Of a DNA stretch of 64,000 nt, positions 1-10,600 are shown piece after piece (the stretch's first letter is position 1; each line of letters opens with the position of its first letter). The translations under genes were made by a program, and so were the position numbers. The notes beneath the pieces were generated by a model, which saw only the letters and a list, made by a program, of their open reading frames with translations, was not told the DNA's origin and made no database searches. The DNA is from an uncultured Collinsella sp. (GTDB lineage: Bacteria; Actinomycetota; Coriobacteriia; Coriobacteriales; Coriobacteriaceae). The DNA is taken from assembly GCA_902470765.1 (NCBI GenBank), contig CABRHW010000009.1, positions 259-64,258 of the forward strand, given 5' to 3'.

Positions 1-45
1 CGCCGCGCACAACGCGACACTCCCCTAGCGATTCAAGAGAATCTA

Positions 46-405
46 TTAGGCCTCGAGAGCCTTCTTGGCGATGGTAGCCAGCTCGTTGAAGGACTCGATG
101 TCCTCGTAAGCCATCTGAGCCAAGACCTTGCGGTCGAGCTCGATGCCGGCAACCTTCAGGCCGTGCATGAACTGAGAGTAAGAGATGTCGTTCAGGCGAG
201 CAGCAGCGTTGATACGAGTGATCCAGAGAGAACGGATCTCGCGCTTCTTGTTGCGGCGATCACGATACTGATACTGCAGGGAGTGCTGGACCTGCTCTTT
301 AGCATGCTTGTAAGTACGCGAAGCGGCACCGTAGTAACCCTTCGCACGGTGCATAACGGTACGGCGCTTCTTCTTGGCGGCAACAGCGCGCTTAATACGT
401 GCCAT
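46..405 (-). CDS. rplT: 50S ribosomal protein L20
   Basis: MARIKRAV...RSLWITRINAAAR...LDRKVLA signature; lies downstream of rpmI and infC. Confidence 0.98.
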   Translation of the reverse strand: MARIKRAVAAKKKRRTVMHRAKGYYGAASRTYKHAKEQVQHSLQYQYRDRRNKKREIRSLWITRINAAARLNDISYSQFMHGLKVAGIELDRKVLAQMAYEDIESFNELATIAKKALEA

Positions 406-451
406 GTTCTATCAACTCCTAGACGGTAAAACGAAAAACGGGAACGCGAAC

Positions 452-643
452 TTAGGCGAGACGCGACTTGATGACCTTGCGGTCGGCAGCGGCGATCTCG
501 GTCTCCTGACGGAAGCCACGCTTACGCTTGGTGGACTTCTTGCTCAGGATGTGGCTCTTGAAAGCCTTGGCGCGCATAAGCTTGCCGGTACCAGTCTTGC
601 GGAAACGCTTCTTGGTGCCGCTGTGGGACTTCATCTTAGGCAT
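452..643 (-). CDS. rpmI: 50S ribosomal protein L35
   Basis: [21 protein letters not shown] signature; operon context. Confidence 0.98.
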   Translation of the reverse strand: MPKMKSHSGTKKRFRKTGTGKLMRAKAFKSHILSKKSTKRKRGFRQETEIAAADRKVIKSRLA

Positions 644-675
644 GAAATACTCCTTAATCGGTTACAGAACACTAG

Positions 676-1230
676 TTACTTGGTATCGCTTGCCGCTTTA
701 TCCTCATCGAAGGCGCCCTTAATCGGGGCGAGCAGCATAAGCATGTTACGGCCTTCCATCTTAGGCTTGGATTCGACCGTAGCGTAAGGCTTGAGATCCT
801 CGGCGAGACGCTCGAGAACGTTAAGACCCTGCTCCGGGTGAGCCATCTCACGACCGCGGAACATGATGGTGATCTTAACGCGTGCGCCCTTCTTGAGGAA
901 ACGCAGAACGTGGCCCTTCTTGGTCTCGTAGTCGCCAACGTCGATCTTGGGTCGGAACTTCATTTCCTTGACCTCGACCTTGGACTGGTTCTTACGAGCA
1001 GCCTTGGCCTTCATGGCCTGCTGGTACTTGAACTTACCGTAGTCCATGACCTTGCAGACCGGCGGCTCCGCGTTGGGAGCGATCTCGACCAGGTCGAGAC
1101 CCTGATCGTCAGCGACGCGCTGGGCATCGCGGATGGCGAACAGGCCGAGCTGAGAGCCATCGACGCCAATCAAACGGCACGAAGATGCAGTGATCTCGTC
1201 GTTGATGCGGGTGTCATCAGACTTAGCTAT
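676..1230 (-). CDS. infC: Translation initiation factor IF-3, probable ATA start
   Basis: DLVEIAPNAEPPVCKVMDYGKFKY and MFRGRE motifs; SD GGAGGT (1238-1243) lies 7 nt before the ATA codon at 1230-1228. Confidence 0.96.
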   Translation of the reverse strand: MAKSDDTRINDEITASSCRLIGVDGSQLGLFAIRDAQRVADDQGLDLVEIAPNAEPPVCKVMDYGKFKYQQAMKAKAARKNQSKVEVKEMKFRPKIDVGDYETKKGHVLRFLKKGARVKITIMFRGREMAHPEQGLNVLERLAEDLKPYATVESKPKMEGRNMLMLLAPIKGAFDEDKAASDTK

Positions 1231-1251
1231 TTTCCCTACCTCCATTCATAA

Positions 1252-1383
1252 AAAAATAACCCGGCGCTTCTCAGCAACCAGGTCGTACACATAGACATTC
1301 TCGATATGAGGAAGGGAATCTAAGTTGTATGACCAGTCAGCTGCTCATTGGCGCCAAAAGGTGGGAACCCTCGGGTTCCTCTT
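1252..1383 (-). promoter_or_regulatory. Putative L20-responsive leader/attenuator of infC-rpmI-rplT
   Basis: Minus strand has a 5' hairpin GGAACCC-GA-GGGTTCC and a 3' stem ACCTGGT...GCCGGGT followed by a T-run just before the infC RBS; the position matches known L20 leaders. Confidence 0.55.
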
Positions 1384-1447
1384 TAGGGCATTGCGGGAAC
1401 AACGCCTTGGCGATAATAACACGTTCGACGCGTTATCACATTACGTA

Positions 1448-1700
1448 CACGAAAAAGGGGGCCTTGACCCCCTTGAACGCTCACTTGCATGCATGGTGCC
1501 CGAGGCGAGACTCGAAGGGTCTTCGCTTCGCGAAGCCCCGGGCTTCGGGCGCACGGCGCCCTCGCCACGCTCCGCTACAAACAGGCCACAGGCCTGTTTG
1601 CTTAACGCTCCGCGCGCTCACGCGAGTTCGGCACGAAAAAGGGAGCCTAGACCCCCTTGAACGCTCACTTGCATGTATGGTGCCCGAGGCGAGACTCGAA
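1448..1700. repeat. 69-bp direct repeat (1448-1516 and 1632-1700) containing the tRNA-Leu 3' end and trailer/terminator
   Basis: The two copies differ at 3 positions; each includes TGGTGCCCGAGGCGAGACTCGAA. Confidence 0.9.
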
Positions 1701-1764
1701 CTCGCACGTTGTTGCCAACGGTGGATTTTGAGTCCACTGCGTCTGCCAATTCCGCCACTCGGGC
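1678..1764 (-). tRNA. tRNA-Leu (CAA)
   Basis: Reverse complement GCCCGAG...GGAATTGGCAGAC...GTGGA-CTCAAAA-TCCAC...long variable arm...GTTCGAGTC...CTCGGGC-ACCA; CCA is encoded. Confidence 0.97.
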
Positions 1765-1803
1765 ACGTAATGCGTGAGTTAGTTTATCACAGCTTGCTAT
1801 CGA

Positions 1804-3237
1804 TTAGTCCGAAAATGGAACTTCGAGCATTTCGATGAGTTCGACTGAACGGAGCATCTCGCGCTGGCGGCATCCGCGACCGTCGACCGAAGCCTCACCC
1901 ATCTGGTTATCGTAAGGGTCCTCGCGCATGCCGTCGAAAGAGGGGTCAAACTCTGCCTGGAATCGATTGTTGGCCACCATACGCCACGGGTCGAGATTGC
2001 CAAAGTAGTGACGGCGGCGCCACTCCTCCCCCATCCTGCGAGCAGAAGATCCAAATGACACGTCGGCGTTGAGCCAACCGGTCTGCGGCGTATAGAACTC
2101 TGCCCAGTCGTGCGACCCCACCGAATCGGGCGCAACGTACAGGCCGCTCTGCCAACGGGCAGGCACGCCCGCGATACGGCACATGGTGATAAACGTGAGC
2201 GCCATAACGCCGCAATCGCCGCGGAGCGAATGCGCGCAGTCATCGGCAATAGATCCCAAAAGCAAGTACGGCGGCTGATAGCGATAGTCGATATGCTGCG
2301 TCAGGTAATCATAGATAGCACGGGCGCGATCGAGCGGATCCTCGAGTCCGTCAACAACACCGGCCGTCAGCTGCTGCAGATACGGTGTGAATGCAATGTG
2401 CGGACGGTCCTCGGAAATATCCTCGGGCAGAGGCGCGTCCATACGCGGATGAACCGGAAGTGTGCCACCGTAGACATCACAATAAGCAGCATCGATGTGA
2501 TAACGATAGGTCACCGAGAATGAGCGTTCACTCGAAGAAGACCACGAGGCGGTACGTGCCGAAGCGTTCGCGGGAGCAACAGCACCCTCCGGCGTCATGT
2601 CGAGAATCTCGACCCGAGACTGCTGGTGGCAGGTGGCGGCAACGGGAAGCCAAGCGCGAACGGTCTCCCCCTCTAGAGCGCCGGGGACAGACACAGATGC
2701 TTTAAGCGTAATGACGCGAGCCAATCCGTTTTGCGACCCCATCTCCTTGAGCATTTCGTTGCGCAGTGCAATTCCGTCCGTAGGATCGGGACGCATGCCG
2801 GGAACCTCTTTGGGATATACGCGAAGCGAATCGAGGAAGTTGTCGAGAACGAACAGCTCGCCGTCGATAAAGCGCCAGTCAATACGCTTACGGTCAATCA
2901 GATCGTCAAACTGCTCCTCGGTAAACTCAGGCCACTCCTCGCGAATCATCGCAATAGCTCGATCGCGCGACACCGAAAAATGAAGCGGCGTCTCGATCAT
3001 GCGATACCGCTCGGCGCGAACGCAGGCAGCGAGCGAGGGATCGGGATCTTGGGCAAGTAGGCGGTCGCAAGCCTCAATAGCCAGCGAAAGATACCCCGCG
3101 TCCTTTAAACGCAGAATCTCGGGTGGCAAGCCAACATCTAGAAAACGGAAGTCATCATTGCAAACATCAACAGAGCAACCAACAGGACCCTCGTCAATAA
3201 CCTTCCCATCCGAAGGCAGTACATTAATAACAGCCAT
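1804..3237 (-). CDS. Transglutaminase-like domain protein
   Basis: Cys-His-Asp triad motifs GDCG, HDWAEFY and WLNAD; start at MAVINV inferred. Confidence 0.85.
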   Translation of the reverse strand: MAVINVLPSDGKVIDEGPVGCSVDVCNDDFRFLDVGLPPEILRLKDAGYLSLAIEACDRLLAQDPDPSLAACVRAERYRMIETPLHFSVSRDRAIAMIREEWPEFTEEQFDDLIDRKRIDWRFIDGELFVLDNFLDSLRVYPKEVPGMRPDPTDGIALRNEMLKEMGSQNGLARVITLKASVSVPGALEGETVRAWLPVAATCHQQSRVEILDMTPEGAVAPANASARTASWSSSSERSFSVTYRYHIDAAYCDVYGGTLPVHPRMDAPLPEDISEDRPHIAFTPYLQQLTAGVVDGLEDPLDRARAIYDYLTQHIDYRYQPPYLLLGSIADDCAHSLRGDCGVMALTFITMCRIAGVPARWQSGLYVAPDSVGSHDWAEFYTPQTGWLNADVSFGSSARRMGEEWRRRHYFGNLDPWRMVANNRFQAEFDPSFDGMREDPYDNQMGEASVDGRGCRQREMLRSVELIEMLEVPFSD

Positions 3238-3377
3238 ACCAAAACTCCAAGTCACTAGAACGCTTGAAGCCCATTGTAGCGAGATAAAAAGAAAGCCCCA
3301 ACAAGGGAGCCATCAACACCGCCGAGCGGTAGTCAAAAAATGAATTCAGCCCAGTAACCCTGTAGCGAGTTAACGAA

Positions 3378-3470
3378 GGAGGCCCCGTTCACCCGAAGCT
3401 ATTCCCATTGCGCGACTTCTGGCAAAGCCAGGTGAGCGCAAGGGAAAAGCGTAGGGTGAACGGGGCCTCC
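3378..3470. repeat. 93-nt intergenic palindrome / probable fba terminator
   Basis: 17-bp perfect IR GGAGGCCCCGTTCACCC / GGGTGAACGGGGCCTCC with further nested pairing. Confidence 0.75.
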
Positions 3471-3492
3471 GACGGGAAAGTTAAACCGCTAC

Positions 3493-4359
3493 TTACGCCT
3501 TGTTGACGGAGCCAAACTCCTCCATGAGCTCCTTGGTGCGGGCAACGATGTTGTCGCGACCAGGCTTGAGGAGCTTGCGGGGGTCAAAGCCCTTGCCCTG
3601 CTGATCCTTGCCAGCCTCGATGTACTCGCGGACGCCCTTGGCGAAGACGAGCTGCAGGTCGGTGTTGACGTTGATCTTGGAGATGCCCAGGGAGATGGCC
3701 TTCTTGATCTGATCCTCGGGGATGCCGGTGCCACCGTGCAGAACGAGGGGCAGGTCGCCGGTCTGAGCCTTGATCTCGCCAAGACGCTCGAAGGAAAGGC
3801 CGGCCCAGTCGGCGGGGTACACGCCGTGGATGTTGCCGATGCCACAGGCGAGGAAGTCGACGCCCAGATCGGAAATCTGCTTGCACTCAGCGGGGTCAGC
3901 GAGCTCACCGTTGGAGGTCACGCCGTCCTCGGTGCCGCCGATGCCGCCAACCTCGGCCTCGATGGACATGCCCTTGGAGTGGGCAAGTTCAACGAGCTCC
4001 TTGGTGCGGTCGAGGTTAAGCTGGAAGGTCTCCTCGTGAGAGCCGTCATACATGATGGACGTGAAGCCGGCCTCGATGCACTTGAAGCAGTCCTCGTAAG
4101 AACCGTGATCGAGGTGAAGGGCGACGGGAACGGTAACGCCCGTGGCCTCGACGGCAGCCTTGACCATGTCGGCGCAGACCTTGAAACCGCCCATCCACTT
4201 AGCGGCACCGGCGGTGCACTGAAGGATCAGCGGAGACTTGGCCTCCTCGGCGGCCTGGAGAATAGCCAGGGTCCACTCGAGGTTGTTGGTGTTGAAGGCA
4301 CCGAGAGCGTACTTGCCGGCCTCGGCCTTCTTGAGCATGTCTGCTGCGTTGACGAGCAT
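3493..4359 (-). CDS. fba: Class II fructose-1,6-bisphosphate aldolase
   Basis: VALHLDHG, EAEVG, GNIHG, LVLHGGTG and KINVNTD motifs. Confidence 0.95.
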   Translation of the reverse strand: MLVNAADMLKKAEAGKYALGAFNTNNLEWTLAILQAAEEAKSPLILQCTAGAAKWMGGFKVCADMVKAAVEATGVTVPVALHLDHGSYEDCFKCIEAGFTSIMYDGSHEETFQLNLDRTKELVELAHSKGMSIEAEVGGIGGTEDGVTSNGELADPAECKQISDLGVDFLACGIGNIHGVYPADWAGLSFERLGEIKAQTGDLPLVLHGGTGIPEDQIKKAISLGISKINVNTDLQLVFAKGVREYIEAGKDQQGKGFDPRKLLKPGRDNIVARTKELMEEFGSVNKA

Positions 4360-4553
4360 AAAAGAAACCTCCTGTAAGGTTGCTCCGATAACGCCTGTGA
4401 TTTTACCACGGCATACCGCAGCATAAACGTTCGTTTGTTCACGAATATCATCCGATTGGACAAATTTTGACCGTTTGCCCCACAGAATCGACCCGCTGGG
4501 GAAAATAACTTGACGATTGGGCGGTCTTCGTGATTCGAAAGACGGTCTCTAAG

Positions 4554-5237
4554 CTACATCTGCATGAATGGGTTCTGCATGAGCTCGCGTGCAACGGTGG
4601 TCGAATCGCCGTGGCCCGTCAGGCAGACGGTATCGGGCGGAAGCATCTTGGCAAGTTTGGAGAGCGAGCGCATAATCGCCGCCTCGTCACCGCCGGAAAG
4701 ATCGGTGCGGCCGTGGCTGCCCGGGAACAAGGTGTCACCCACAAAGGCAATATTTCCCTGTTCGGTGGCAGCGAACAGGACGATACCGCCCGGCGTATGC
4801 CCCGGCGCCTCGATCACCTGCAGGCATATGTCGCCCACCTCGACCGTATCGCCCTCGGCAAGCAAACGCGTCGGCTCACCCGGATCCGGCGTTTCGATGC
4901 CCCACATGGCTCGCTGCTCCTCGATGTTCGCATGCGGTACCGCTACGTCCTGAGCGCACAGCTCGTACAGGCAGCCTTCGCCAACGGCGGCACGCACTCC
5001 GGCGACACCGCCAACATGGTCGGCATGACCGTGCGTACAGACGGCGCCGAGCATGCGCACCCCGGGATGTGCGGTGCGAATATGCTCCACAAGACGCTCG
5101 CCTTCCCACGCTGGGTCGACGATCAAGCACTCACCATTCGAAATCACAGCGTAACTGTTGGTCTCAATCGGGCCGTTGACGAGCGCCTCAATCGAAGCCG
5201 CGCCCCGAGGTGTCAGCTCCAAAGTCCTATCGTCCAT
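4554..5237 (-). CDS. MBL-fold metallo-hydrolase (glyoxalase II-like)
   Basis: THGHADHVGG, PGHTPG, GDTLF and GHG motifs; typical position after rel. Confidence 0.9.
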   Translation of the reverse strand: MDDRTLELTPRGAASIEALVNGPIETNSYAVISNGECLIVDPAWEGERLVEHIRTAHPGVRMLGAVCTHGHADHVGGVAGVRAAVGEGCLYELCAQDVAVPHANIEEQRAMWGIETPDPGEPTRLLAEGDTVEVGDICLQVIEAPGHTPGGIVLFAATEQGNIAFVGDTLFPGSHGRTDLSGGDEAAIMRSLSKLAKMLPPDTVCLTGHGDSTTVARELMQNPFMQM

Positions 5238-5323
5238 ACACATACTCTCCTTCTAAATACGTCGAGGCACCAGACGATGCCTCGAACGTAACCACTATCT
5301 ATAATGCTGCGAGCGCAGCGCGT

Positions 5324-7684
5324 CTACACGCGGCGCTTGAGTTGCGCTCCACCCTCGCCGGGCATGAGGCGGCGAGCGTCGTAGACCGAGTCGACACTGC
5401 TGATGGAGGCCAGCAGCGGATCCAGACCGCTCGCGTCCGAAATCTCGACCATAAAGCGCAGGGTTGCGATACCCTCGCGGTTGGTCGACGTGGCGGCCGA
5501 AAGAATGTTGCCGCCCGCATCGCCGATGGCAATGGTGACATCCTTGAGAAGGCCCATGCGGTCCAGGCACTCGACCACGATCTCGACCTGGAAGAGGGTG
5601 TCGGCAGCGCCGTCCCACTCCACTTCGATCATGCGCTCGGGATGCTCCATAAGACCCTTGACGTTGGGACAGTTGGCGCGATGCACCGAAACGCCACGAC
5701 CGCGCGTGATGAAGCCGACGATGTCGTCGCCCGTCACGGGGTTGCAGCAATGAGCCAGACGGACCAGTAGGCCGCTGTTGCTCTCGCCCTTGACGATAAT
5801 GCCGTTACTGGCGCTCTTGCCGCGCTTTTGCGGCTTGCGGTTGGAGCCGCGAGCGGGCTGCTTCACGACCTCGGCGATAGCCTCGGCCTTGGTGAGCTGT
5901 TCCTCGGGCTTGGGGTCCAAGATTTGCTCGACCTTATTGCCCACAGCGCGCGGGGCAACCTTGCCGGCGCCGACGGCGGCAAACAGGTCCTCGAGCTGCT
6001 TGAAGTTAAACTGCTCCGCCACGGCGTTGAGCGCACGCGTGGATCGCGGCGTAGAGATGCCATACCCGCGCTTGCGCAGGTCCTTGGCCAGTATATCGCG
6101 GCCGGCAGCAGCGTCATCGTCTTTGGTCGCGGCGGCGAAGTAACGGCGGATCTTTGACTTGGCAGAAGGTGTCTTAACGATCTTGAGCCAATCACGCGAC
6201 GGCTTGGAACTCTTGTTGGTCAGGATCTCGACACGGTCGCCCGTCTTGATCTCGTGCGTGAGCGGGGCCACCGCACCGTTGATCTTAGCGCCGACGCAGT
6301 GGTTGCCCACCTCGGTGTGAACGGCGTAGGCAAAGTCGAGCGGCGTGGAGCCGGCACGAAGCGCCATGACCTCGCCCTTGGGCGTAAAGACAAAAATCTC
6401 CTGGTCAAACAAGTCGACCTTCAGCGAGTGCAGGTATTCCTTGGCATCGGTGATCTCGTCAGACGCCGCCCAGTCGAGTGAGTGCTTGAGCCAGTTAATC
6501 TGGTCGTCCAGACGCTGGGCATCATTGGTCTTAGACGCAGACGATCCGCCCGACTTCTTATAGAGCCAGTGGGCGGCAATGCCGTACTCGGCCTGCTCGT
6601 GCATCTCGTAGGTTCGAATCTGAATCTCGAGCGGGCGGGCCGTGGGGCCGATAACCGTCGTATGGAGCGACTGGTAGTTATTGACCTTGGGCATGGCGAT
6701 ATAGTCTTTAAAGCGACCGGGCATGGGGTGCCACAGCGTATGCACTGCGCCGAGCGTGGAGTAGCAATCGCGCACCGAATGCGTGATGACGCGCAGTGCC
6801 ACCAGGTCGTAGATCTCGGAGAATTCCTTGCCCTTGCGCTTCATCTTTTGGTAGATGGACCAATAGTGCTTGGAGCGGCCGTTGATCTGGAAGCCCTCCA
6901 GGCCAATGCGGTTGAGCTCGTCGGTGAGCGTCTTGATGGTCTCGGCCAGATAGCGCTCGCGAACCTCGCGCGACTCAGCCACCATGCGCGCGATGCGCTG
7001 GTAGGCGTCGGGCTCAAGGTAGAAGAAGGACAGGTCCTCGAGCTCCCACTTAATAGAGCTCATGCCCAGACGGTCGGCCAGGGGCGCATACACGTCCATG
7101 GTCTCGCGGGCCTTAAACAGGCGACGGTCCTCGCGAAGGGCCGCCAGCGTACGCATGTTATGCAGGCGGTCGGCAAGCTTAACGATAATGACGCGGATGT
7201 CCTTGGACATGGCGAGGAACATCTTGCGCAGCGTAAGCGCCTGCTTCTCGTCCATGCTATCGACTTCGATGTTGGTGAGCTTGGTCACGCCATCGACGAG
7301 CTCGGCCACCGTATCGCCAAACAGGCCGGAAACATCGGCAAGTGAGGTCTCGGTATCCTCGACGGTATCGTGCAGCAGCGCGGCGCACACCACATCGCAG
7401 TCCATCTTGAGGTCGGCCAAAATGATGGCCACCTCGACGGGATGGTTGATGTACATCTCACCCGAGCGCCGCTTTTGGTTGCAGTGCTTCTCGGCAGCAA
7501 AGCAATAGGCCTGCTCCACCTTAGAGAAGTCGTCCTCATTCATATATTTGAGGCACAGGCGCTCCAGCTTGTCGTAGCTGTCCGCCATAATCTCGGGCGG
7601 CAGCTCATCGGCATGCTTATAGTGCTCCATCTCCGAGAACGGCTGGAGGGTAGAATCATGGGCGGTACGGGCTGCGGCATCCAT
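5324..7684 (-). CDS. rel: Bifunctional (p)ppGpp synthetase/hydrolase Rel
   Basis: HDTVED, KLADRLHNMRT, RFKDYIA, YQSLHT, EIQIRT, followed by TGS and ACT domains. Confidence 0.97.
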   Translation of the reverse strand: MDAAARTAHDSTLQPFSEMEHYKHADELPPEIMADSYDKLERLCLKYMNEDDFSKVEQAYCFAAEKHCNQKRRSGEMYINHPVEVAIILADLKMDCDVVCAALLHDTVEDTETSLADVSGLFGDTVAELVDGVTKLTNIEVDSMDEKQALTLRKMFLAMSKDIRVIIVKLADRLHNMRTLAALREDRRLFKARETMDVYAPLADRLGMSSIKWELEDLSFFYLEPDAYQRIARMVAESREVRERYLAETIKTLTDELNRIGLEGFQINGRSKHYWSIYQKMKRKGKEFSEIYDLVALRVITHSVRDCYSTLGAVHTLWHPMPGRFKDYIAMPKVNNYQSLHTTVIGPTARPLEIQIRTYEMHEQAEYGIAAHWLYKKSGGSSASKTNDAQRLDDQINWLKHSLDWAASDEITDAKEYLHSLKVDLFDQEIFVFTPKGEVMALRAGSTPLDFAYAVHTEVGNHCVGAKINGAVAPLTHEIKTGDRVEILTNKSSKPSRDWLKIVKTPSAKSKIRRYFAAATKDDDAAAGRDILAKDLRKRGYGISTPRSTRALNAVAEQFNFKQLEDLFAAVGAGKVAPRAVGNKVEQILDPKPEEQLTKAEAIAEVVKQPARGSNRKPQKRGKSASNGIIVKGESNSGLLVRLAHCCNPVTGDDIVGFITRGRGVSVHRANCPNVKGLMEHPERMIEVEWDGAADTLFQVEIVVECLDRMGLLKDVTIAIGDAGGNILSAATSTNREGIATLRFMVEISDASGLDPLLASISSVDSVYDARRLMPGEGGAQLKRRV

Positions 7685-7699
7685 CGAGGTCCCCTTCCC

Positions 7700-10600
7700 C
7701 TAGGCCCGCGGTACGATCGGGCGGTTAACTTTGGCTAGCATATCAGAAGCGCACGAATCGAGCGCCCAGCTCCGGAAAGCCGAGAACTCCATGCGCGAGC
7801 GCAGACCCTCCAAATAGCGGATTGACCTGCTCAATTGCACACGGCCGGGGTTTTCTGCCATCGCGATGCGACGGGTGTCGTCAAACCCCGAAACGCGACA
7901 GAAACCAAGCTCTTCGAAGATTCCCAGACCGCTTGCCACCGAGCGCTCGTCGACCGGCGTGCGCGCGTCGATGGCAAGACACATCTGCGCGATGTCGATA
8001 TCGCTCGCACTAAACGAGTCGTCTCCGGTCTTGCCGCGGTTGGAGCGCCACATAGTCTGCAGCGCTCGATAGAGCGTGACGAGCTCGTCGCGCTCGGGCG
8101 CGTAGCAGTCGAGCAGGCGCTCGTTAATGCGAGCGTCACGCGACGAATAGAGCAGGTGAATCACGGCGGGCTGTCCATCGCGGCCGGCACGGCCACTCAT
8201 CTGGTTAAACTCAATCGCGCCAAACGGCATGTGGTAGAGCACGACATGGCGGATATCGGGCAGGTTCACGCCCTCACCAAAGGCAGAGGTCGAAACGATG
8301 CAACTGAGGCTTCCGTCTCGGAACGCCTCCTCCACACGGCGGCGATCGGAGCGCGCAAGCCCCGCGTTATAGAACGCAATGCGAGTCGCGCAATCGGGCA
8401 CGCGCTTGCGCAGCGTCTTGGCAAGCGCCACGGACTGGTCGCGCGAGTTGACGTAGATGACGGTCTTCTCCCCCGTCGCCACAATGGACACCAGGCGGTT
8501 CTCGCGGCTCGCAAGATCGCGATCGTCCTCGAGCTGCAGGTTCTCGCGCACCGTCTCGTCGACCACCGTGCGAGTGATCGGCAGCACGCGGGCAAGCTCG
8601 GCCACGACCGGAGCCGTCGCGGTGGCTGTCGCGGCCATAACGACCGGGTCGCCCAGGGCCTTGAGGATATCGGGCATGTCGAGATAGGCGCTGCGGTCGC
8701 CGCCCTTGGCAAGGCCGGCGTGGTGCGCCTCATCGATAACGACAAAGCCGATGCGGCCCGAACGCGCGAAGCGGTCACGGTGGATAGATAGGAACTCGGG
8801 CGTCGTGAGCACGATACCGGTGCGGCCCGAAGCTAGGCCGGCGAACACATCATCGCGTGCGGCCTCCACGGTCTCGCCGGTCAGCACGCCAACGCCAATG
8901 CCAAGCGCTGCCATCGTCGACGAGAGGTGATAGGCCTGGTCGGCAACAAGCGCGCGCAGCGGATAGACAAAGATGCTCGCACGTCCGCGAAGGACAGCCT
9001 CGCGCGCAGCATGTACATGGAAGATGAGAGACTTGCCGCGGCCCGTTCCCATAACGGCCAAGACGCTCTGGTGGTCGGCCAAGGCATCGAGCGCCTCAAC
9101 CTGCGCGCGGTGCGGCTGGTTCGATCCGATAAAGCTATGGATAAGCGAGCGCGTGAGCTCGGTATAGGAAAGCTGGGCGAGCGTCTCGCGCTTACGCGAC
9201 TCCAGGCGCAGGCCGGAATCCGCCGGCTGCACGCCACGACGAAGCTCGCATGCCGGATCATCGACGCTGGGCAGCGTGGTATCGCGAACCAGAGCATCCT
9301 TGATCATGAGCTTGGGCTTCACACGCCCCTGCCAATGCTCGGCAACGGCCTCGAACACCAAGTCGACAGCGCTATCGCAGTTGATGAGCTTATCGATTTG
9401 CGGCACGCGGAACATAATGGCCGGCACACTCGCGGCGCCATCGGTCGCCACAAAGCGCATGTGCTCGCCGGTTTTGCCCACCACGGCGCGGTCGCACATC
9501 GTCACGCCCTCGGCAGCCAGCAGCGGCACCTTGTTGCCCTGGCCAAACGGCTCAAGACGGGAGATCTGCTCGATGGTCTCGATATTCAGCTCGGAAAGGT
9601 CGACGGTGGCGGCGACCTCGTCGGTGTCTTCAAAGTCCTCGGCGGGAAGCTCCGATAGCACGGCGGAAAGGCGGCGGCGGAACTCATCGAGCTTGGATGC
9701 CTCGATGGTCACACCCACCGCACCGGCATGTCCGCCGCGACGAATCAGCAGGTCGGAACAACGCTCGACGGCGTCAAACAGGTTAACTTTGCCCACCGAG
9801 CGACCAGAGCCGCGCGCGATACCGTCCTCGATCGAGAACAGCAGCGCCGGCACGTGATAGCGATTGGTCAAGCGGCTCGCCACGATGCCTTTGACGCCCT
9901 CGTGCCAGCCCTCGCCGCCCACGACGATTGCGCGCCCGCCGTCATAAGTCTCCTCGACCTTCGCCATGGCATCGCGCGTGAGCTCCGCCTCGATCTCACG
10001 GCGTTGGCGATTGATTTCCTCGAGCTCGGCTGCCAGTGCACTTGCTTCGATAGGATCACGGGCAAGCAGCAGGTCGAGCGCCAGCTTGGGATCAGCCATG
10101 CGGCCGGCAGCATTCAGACGAGGGATGAGCGAAAACGACAGGCCGTCGGCCGTAATGGTAGAAAGGTCGGCCTTGGCAAGTGCGGCAAGCGCGATATAGC
10201 CGGGACGGGCCGTCACGCGCATCTGCTGGATGCCCTCGGCGACCAGTGCGCGATTCTCGGGCGTGAGCGGCATCATGTCGGACACGGTGCCCAGCGCCGC
10301 GACCTCTATCAGCGAACGCCAATACGACGGCTTGCCCAAACGCTCGCCCAGGACCTGCACCAGCTTGAGTGCCACGCCGGCACCGGCAAGCTCGCGCGAG
10401 GGGCCCTCGTCCTCGAGCTTGGGGTCGGTCAGGGGCACGCCCTGCGGCACTTGGTCGGAGGGCTCGTGATGGTCCGTGACCACCAAATCGATCCCCAGGC
10501 TCTCCAGATAGGAGACTTCTTCCTTGGCGGCAATACCGTTATCGACGGTCACGATCAGCTGAGGGCGAGCGAGCTCGTTAACGCGGTCGAGCGCCGCGCG

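Noticed and set aside
1494..1516. Second tRNA gene or att site of a large island
   Set aside because: Only 23 nt of the 3' end is present, the enclosed segment is 115 bp, and the window's integrase has its own att repeats.
1325..1838. ORFs overlapping the tRNA and repeat region
   Set aside because: They translate tRNA and repeat sequence; no coding signal.
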